The position numbers were made by a program, and so were the translations under genes. This document shows, piece by piece, positions 58,971 to 64,000 of a stretch of 64,000 nucleotides of DNA. Source of the stretch: an uncultured Alphaproteobacteria bacterium (GTDB taxonomy: Bacteria > Pseudomonadota > Alphaproteobacteria > Rhizobiales > Methyloligellaceae); contig CAWGXJ010000020.1 in NCBI GenBank assembly GCA_963826465.1, forward strand, positions 142,806-206,805. Reading direction: 5' to 3'. A model generated the notes under the pieces. That model saw nothing but the letters and a program-made list of their open reading frames with translations, searched no databases and was not told the DNA's origin. Position 1 is the first letter of the stretch. Every line of letters starts with the position of its first letter.

Positions 58971-59144
58971 GAACCCCCGAAGGCGTAAGCCTTCCCCCGT
59001 CTGACATCCTTCCCTCGCGCAATTCCCGTGCGCATCCCGACCTTTAGGGCCAGCGTCGACGCACGACCGCGGGCACCCAGGTGGTGAAAGGGGAAGGCTA
59101 AAATCGGGCTATTGCCAAAGCGTTAAGCGCGCTCGCGCGGACGA

Positions 59145-59196
59145 TTTGTGCACTGCAAAAATTTATCGTTGACGTTTTTTGTGCATTGCATATATA
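59145..59196 (+). promoter_or_regulatory. Phasin promoter with two putative PhaR boxes
   Basis: TGCACTGCA (59149-57) and TGCATTGCA (59182-90) flank TTGACG (59169-74), with TATATA at 59191. Confidence 0.7.
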
Positions 59197-59248
59197 TGCT
59201 TTCGCGTTCGCAGCAATCCCAGCAAACCCAATTCTAGAAGAGGGCGAT

Positions 59249-59581
59249 ATGCTCAAAGGTTTCGAAGAGTTCCAGAAAGTTGGCAAAGACGGCTTTGATG
59301 CCGCCGTCCGTTCATTCGGAGAGATGAACAAAGGTTTCCAGGCGATCGCCGCCGAGGTCACCGACTATTCCAAGAAGGCGTTCGAGGACTCCACCCGCGC
59401 TTTCGAGCAACTCGTCGGCTGCAAGTCGATTGAGCAGGCTATCGAGATTCAGTCCCAGTATGCCAAGAAGGCCTACGACACCTACATGGCCGAGATGTCC
59501 AAGATCGGCGAGATGTATGTCGGCCTGGCTAAGGACGCCTACAAGCCGGTCGAGGCTGCCATGACCAAGAAGGCTTCCTAG
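59249..59581 (+). CDS. Phasin family protein
   Basis: FEEFQKVGKD...KGFQAIAAEVTDYSKKAFE...KSIEQAIEIQSQYAK, rhizobial phasin pattern. Confidence 0.9.
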   Translation: MLKGFEEFQKVGKDGFDAAVRSFGEMNKGFQAIAAEVTDYSKKAFEDSTRAFEQLVGCKSIEQAIEIQSQYAKKAYDTYMAEMSKIGEMYVGLAKDAYKPVEAAMTKKAS

Positions 59582-59616
59582 GACGCGAATCACAAGCTCC
59601 ATCTTTCTCCCAACGG

Positions 59617-59649
59617 AAAAAGGCCCGGGGTTCGCTCCGGGCCTTTTTT
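59617..59649. terminator. Intrinsic (bidirectional-type) terminator after the phasin gene
   Basis: AAAAAGGCCCGGGG-TTCG-CTCCGGGCCTTTTTT. Confidence 0.9.
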
Positions 59650-59829
59650 GTTGCCGTTTCCGTGTCGGCAACTCACTCTGTGTTATGGAAGTTATGGATG
59701 AGGCAACCCGTCAGTTTGCCGGGGCTGCCTCGAAGCAGTTAGAATGGGCGAGATGGTCCTTTTTACGCACGAGCGAGCGCTCGCTCTCCCTTGGAAGATG
59801 AGAGACGGGACGCCACATAGAGGCTGACG

Positions 59830-60159
59830 ATGGCGCGAAACGGCGACAATCGCCGGGGCGACGACACCGGCACTCATATCATCACCAAGACGCGGCCGAA
59901 GACCAAGCGGCCGAGCCTCTACAAGGTGTTGCTCCTCAACGACGACTACACGCCGATGGACTTCGTCGTGTACGTGCTCGAGCAATTCTTCAACAAGCCT
60001 CCCGAGGAGGCCACCCGTATCATGCTCCACGTGCACCAAAAGGGCGTGGGTATCTGCGGGGTCTACACTTATGAGGTGGCCGAGACTAAGGTAGCGCAGG
60101 TGACAAGTTTCGCCCGTCAGCACGAGCATCCGTTACAGTGCACGATGGAGAAAGAGTAG
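59830..60159 (+). CDS. clpS: ATP-dependent Clp protease adaptor ClpS
   Basis: [17 protein letters not shown]; MLHVHQKG; HPLQCTME. Confidence 0.98.
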   Translation: MARNGDNRRGDDTGTHIITKTRPKTKRPSLYKVLLLNDDYTPMDFVVYVLEQFFNKPPEEATRIMLHVHQKGVGICGVYTYEVAETKVAQVTSFARQHEHPLQCTMEKE

Positions 60160-60166
60160 GAACTAA

Positions 60167-62603
60167 GTGGCTTCGTTTTCGACCAGTCTTGAGCAGGCTT
60201 TGAGGCGCGCTCTGCAATATGCCAACGAGCGCAGCCACGAGTACGCGACCCTGGAACATCTGCTCCTGTCGTTGATCGACGACCGCGACGCGGCAGCCGT
60301 CATGCGCGCCTGCGACGTGGATCTCGACCTCCTGCGCGACAAGCTGACCGGCTATATCGATAACGAGCTTTCGGGCCTCGTGCTCGACACCCATGGCGAC
60401 GCCCAGCCCACGGCTGGCTTCCAGCGCGTGATCCACCGCGCCGTCGCCCATGTGCAGTCTTCGGGCCGCGAGGAGGTGACCGGCGCCAACGTGCTCGTCG
60501 CCATTTTCGCCGAGCGTGAGAGCCACGCTGCGTTCTTCCTGCAAGAGCAGCACATGACCCGCTTCGATGCGGTCAATTACATCAGCCATGGCATCGCCAA
60601 GCGCGGCGGCATGTCCGAGCCCCGCACGGTGCGCGGCGTCGACGACGACGCGGCGACCGTCGAGGGCGGCGACGAGAAGAAGCGCGGCGCCGATGCGCTC
60701 GAGGTCTATTGCGTCAACCTCAATCAGAAGGCGCGCGCCGGCCGCATCGATCCCCTGATCGGACGCGGGCCCGAGATCCAGCGCACCATTCAGGTGCTGT
60801 GCCGCCGGCAGAAGAACAACCCGCTCTTCGTGGGCGATCCTGGCGTGGGCAAGACGGCCATCGCCGAGGGGCTCGCGCGGCGCATCGTCATGGGCGATGT
60901 GCCCGACGTCCTGATGGACTCCACCATCTTCCAGCTCGACATGGGCGCGCTGCTCGCCGGCACCCGCTATCGCGGTGACTTCGAGGAGCGGCTGAAGGCG
61001 GTGATGCGCGAGATCGAGGCCTTCCCCGGCGCCATCATGTTCATCGACGAGATCCACACGGTGATCGGGGCAGGGGCCACCTCGGGCGGCGCCATGGACG
61101 CCTCGAACCTACTGAAGCCCGCGCTTCAGTCAGGCACGCTGCGCTGCATCGGCTCAACCACCTACAAGGAATACCGCCAGCACTTCGAGAAGGACCGGGC
61201 GCTCGTCCGGCGCTTCCAGAAGATCGACGTGAACGAGCCGTCGGTGCCCGACGCCATCGAGATCCTGAAGGGGCTCAAGCCTTACTTCGAGGACTTCCAC
61301 CGCGTCCGCTACACGAGCCAGGCGATCAAGTCGGCGGTGGAGCTGTCGGCGAAGTACATCCACGACCGGAAGCTCCCGGACAAGGCGATCGACGTGATCG
61401 ACGAGACCGGCGCCTCGCAGATGTTGCTGCCCGAGCGCCAGCGGCGGAAGACCATCGGCGTCAAGGAGGTGGAGTCGACCATCGCCACCATGGCGCGGAT
61501 CCCGCCGAAGACGATCTCCAAGACCGACGCCGATGTGCTGCGCGCCATCGACGAGGATCTGAAGCGGGTGGTGTTCGGCCAGGACAAGGCGATCGAGGCG
61601 CTGGGCGCCGCGATCAAGCTGTCGCGGGCGGGCTTGCGCGAACCGGGCAAGCCCATCGGCTGCTACATGTTCTCCGGGCCCACGGGCGTCGGAAAGACCG
61701 AAGTCGCGCGCCAGCTCGCCTTGCTGCTTGGGGTGGAGCTGCTCCGCTTCGACATGAGCGAGTACATGGAGCGCCACACCGTGTCGCGCCTGATCGGCGC
61801 GCCTCCGGGCTATGTGGGCTTCGACCAGGGCGGTCTTCTGACCGACGGGGTCGACCAGCACCCGCACTGCGTGCTGCTCCTCGACGAGATCGAGAAGGCG
61901 CATCCGGACCTGTTCAACATCCTGTTGCAGGTGATGGATCACGGCAAGCTGACCGACCACAACGGCAAGCATGTCGACTTCCAGAACGTGATCCTGATCA
62001 TGACCACGAACGCCGGCGCGACCGACATGGCCAAGGCGGCGATCGGCTTCAACCGGTCCAAGCGTGAAGGCGACGACGAGGAGGCGATCAACCGCCTGTT
62101 CTCGCCGGAGTTCCGCAACCGGCTGGATGCGATCATCGCGTTCGGCGCGCTGCCGCCGGCGGTCATTGCGCAGGTGGTCGAGAAGTTCGTGTTCCAGCTC
62201 GAGGCGCAGCTCAGCAGACCGCAACATCACCATCGAGCTCACGCCGGAGGCCAATGCCTGGCTCGCCGAGCGCGGCTACGACGACAAGTTCGGCGCGCGT
62301 CCGCTCGCCCGCGTCATCCAGGAGTACATCAAGAAGCCGCTGGCGGAAGAGATCCTGTTCGGCAGGCTGAAGGATGGCGGCACGGTGCGCGTGCTGGTCG
62401 AGGAGAAGGACGGCGAGAAGGGGCTCGGCTTCGAGTACATCAAGGCCGACGCGCCCATCAAGCCGCGCGATCCCGAAGCCGACGAGGAAGACGGTGAGGG
62501 CGGCAAGACCGCCAAGCCGCGTGCCAAGCGGGCCCGTAAGCCGCGCGGCGGCTCGAAGGCCGGTCCCAGCATCGTGCCGAAGGTTCCCCTCGGCGAAGGC
62601 TAA
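60167..62603 (+). CDS. clpA: ATP-dependent Clp protease ATP-binding subunit ClpA; frameshift near 62213
   Basis: [47 protein letters not shown], then shifted DRNITIEL...[11 protein letters not shown]. Confidence 0.96.
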
Positions 62604-63025
62604 GCCGACAGCACGTTCCTGATTTTCTCAGCCGTGACGGCGAGGTCGTCCGGGTCCGCCATGTCGCCGGCATGGGGCTTGACCGGCACGCCTTCCTTGA
62701 TCGGCACGATGTGGACGTGGAGGTGGAACACGGTCTGGCCCGCGGCCGCGCCGTTGAACTGCTGGACGAGCACGCCGTCGGCGCCGACCGCTTGGCTGAT
62801 CTTGGGCGCGAGCTTCTGTACGACCGCCATGAGCTTGCCGAGGCCCTCCGGCGTGATGCCGTAGAGGTCCGGCGCCTTCTCCTTGGTGACGACGAGGGCA
62901 TGGCCCTCGGTGCGCGGCATGATGTCGAGGAAGGCGAGCGTGTCCTCGTCCTCGTAGATCTTGTGGCAGGGGATCTCGCCTTTCAGGATCTTGGCGAAGA
63001 TGTTGTCCGGATCGTAAGCCGCCAT
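62600..63025 (-). CDS. HIT family protein
   Basis: YDPDNIFAKIL; AGQTVFHLHVHIVP. Confidence 0.96.
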   Translation of the reverse strand: MAAYDPDNIFAKILKGEIPCHKIYEDEDTLAFLDIMPRTEGHALVVTKEKAPDLYGITPEGLGKLMAVVQKLAPKISQAVGADGVLVQQFNGAAAGQTVFHLHVHIVPIKEGVPVKPHAGDMADPDDLAVTAEKIRNVLSA

Positions 63026-63230
63026 CTTGGTCGTTCCTTGTTTCCCGCGCATTTTTCGGAATCATTTCGATTCCTTAGCACCGCGAGGTCAACCGGATAA
63101 TGAGGATGTGCGGGAACGATTGGCCCATCCCGTCCATTGATCCCTATCAAAGCCGAGAGATTGGTGCTCAACTATCTAACGGAAGGAAACGCAAAGAAGA
63201 TTTCTCAACCCCCCACGCAAGGAGAGCTTC

Positions 63231-63434
63231 ATGTCGATGCTGAAAGTGATCGAAGTCCTGGCCGAGTCCGACAAGAGCTGGGAAGACGCCGCGCAGTTCG
63301 CCGTGGATACGGCCAATAAGAGCGTGCGCAATGTGCGCTCGATCTACATCAAGAACTTCGAGGCCCAGGTCGAGAACGGCAAGATCAAGAAATACCGCAT
63401 CAACGCCAAAATCTCCTTCACCCTCGACGGCTAG
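63231..63434 (+). CDS. Dodecin family protein
   Basis: KVIEVLAESDKSWEDAA...YRINAKISF; AAGGAG SD. Confidence 0.9.
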   Translation: MSMLKVIEVLAESDKSWEDAAQFAVDTANKSVRNVRSIYIKNFEAQVENGKIKKYRINAKISFTLDG

Positions 63435-63448
63435 CGCGGCGTCCCAGA

Positions 63449-64000
63449 TCAAGCTTCATCACGGCGATAGGGCAACTCCTCGTTGAGGAGCGCCCCTTCG
63501 TGCGCGACCGCGCGCCGTTCGCGCACGAGATAGTCGGCGACGGCGCGGGCGAGCCCCGGGTCGGCGATGTAGTGCGCGCTGTAGGTCTCGGACGGCAGAT
63601 AACCGCGGGCGAGCTTGTGGCCGCCTTGCGCGCCGGCCTCCACGCGCGCCAGGCGATGCTGGATGGCGTAGTCGATGGCCTGGTAGTAGCAGACCTCGAA
63701 ATGCAGGAAGTATTGCGCCTCGGTCGCGCCCCAATAGCGGCCGTAGAGCGTGTCGGCGCCGATGACGTTGAGCGCGCCCGCGATGTAGCTGCCGTTCCGT
63801 TTGGCGAGCACGAGCAGGAGCTCGTCGGCCATGGTTTGTCCGAGCAGGCTGAAGCATTCGCGGGTGAGGTAGGGCGTGCCCCATTTGCGCGAGCCCGTGT
63901 CCATGTAGAAGTCGAAGAACGCATCCCAATGGGCTTCGGTGAGGTCGCGTCCCGTCACCCATTCGATGTCGATGCCGTCCTCGATCGCCGCGCGGCGTTC
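63449..64000 (-). CDS. FemAB-like GNAT (DUF482) protein, 5'-truncated by the window edge
   Basis: FYMDTGSRKWGTPYLTR, LYGRYWG, LHFEVCYYQAID, EAGAQGGHKLARGY. Confidence 0.93.
   Translation of the reverse strand, partial: ERRAAIEDGIDIEWVTGRDLTEAHWDAFFDFYMDTGSRKWGTPYLTRECFSLLGQTMADELLLVLAKRNGSYIAGALNVIGADTLYGRYWGATEAQYFLHFEVCYYQAIDYAIQHRLARVEAGAQGGHKLARGYLPSETYSAHYIADPGLARAVADYLVRERRAVAHEGALLNEELPYRRDEA

Overview
High-GC alphaproteobacterial chromosome segment. It is Hyphomicrobiales-like; an MxaD-like protein, pccA/pccB and a phasin fit a Methyloceanibacter/Hyphomicrobium-type methylotroph, but this is inference. It opens with the end of the spc operon and the alpha operon (rpsH to rplQ, without rpmJ or rpsD). 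Next come degP-like, rarA, a fluoride riboswitch-crcB-DUF190 unit, rluC, ATP12 and pccB. About 26 kb of accessory genes follow: an orphan methyltransferase, DUF3300-DUF2950, a PepSY/COG4705/two-component module, eat-eutBC, ABC-F, envelope enzymes and an RND pump. The window ends with pccA, lipB, tRNA-Leu(GAG), mgtE, panC, putA, a VWA/J-domain pair, dac, phasin, clpS-clpA, HIT and dodecin. The strongest candidate system is a compact MNIO (DUF692) RiPP cluster at 48.5-50.5 kb with a secreted 6-Cys bufferin-type precursor and no DoxX or ECF-sigma partner. Also notable are a fluoride riboswitch with a two-hairpin platform and an unannotated 26-aa ORF coupled to crcB, and a secreted protein made of two Cys/Trp/His repeats. 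About a dozen single-base indels break genes including lipB, putA and clpA; these are probably assembly errors. No IS, integrase, prophage or CRISPR array was seen. All family calls come from motif recognition, not database searches.
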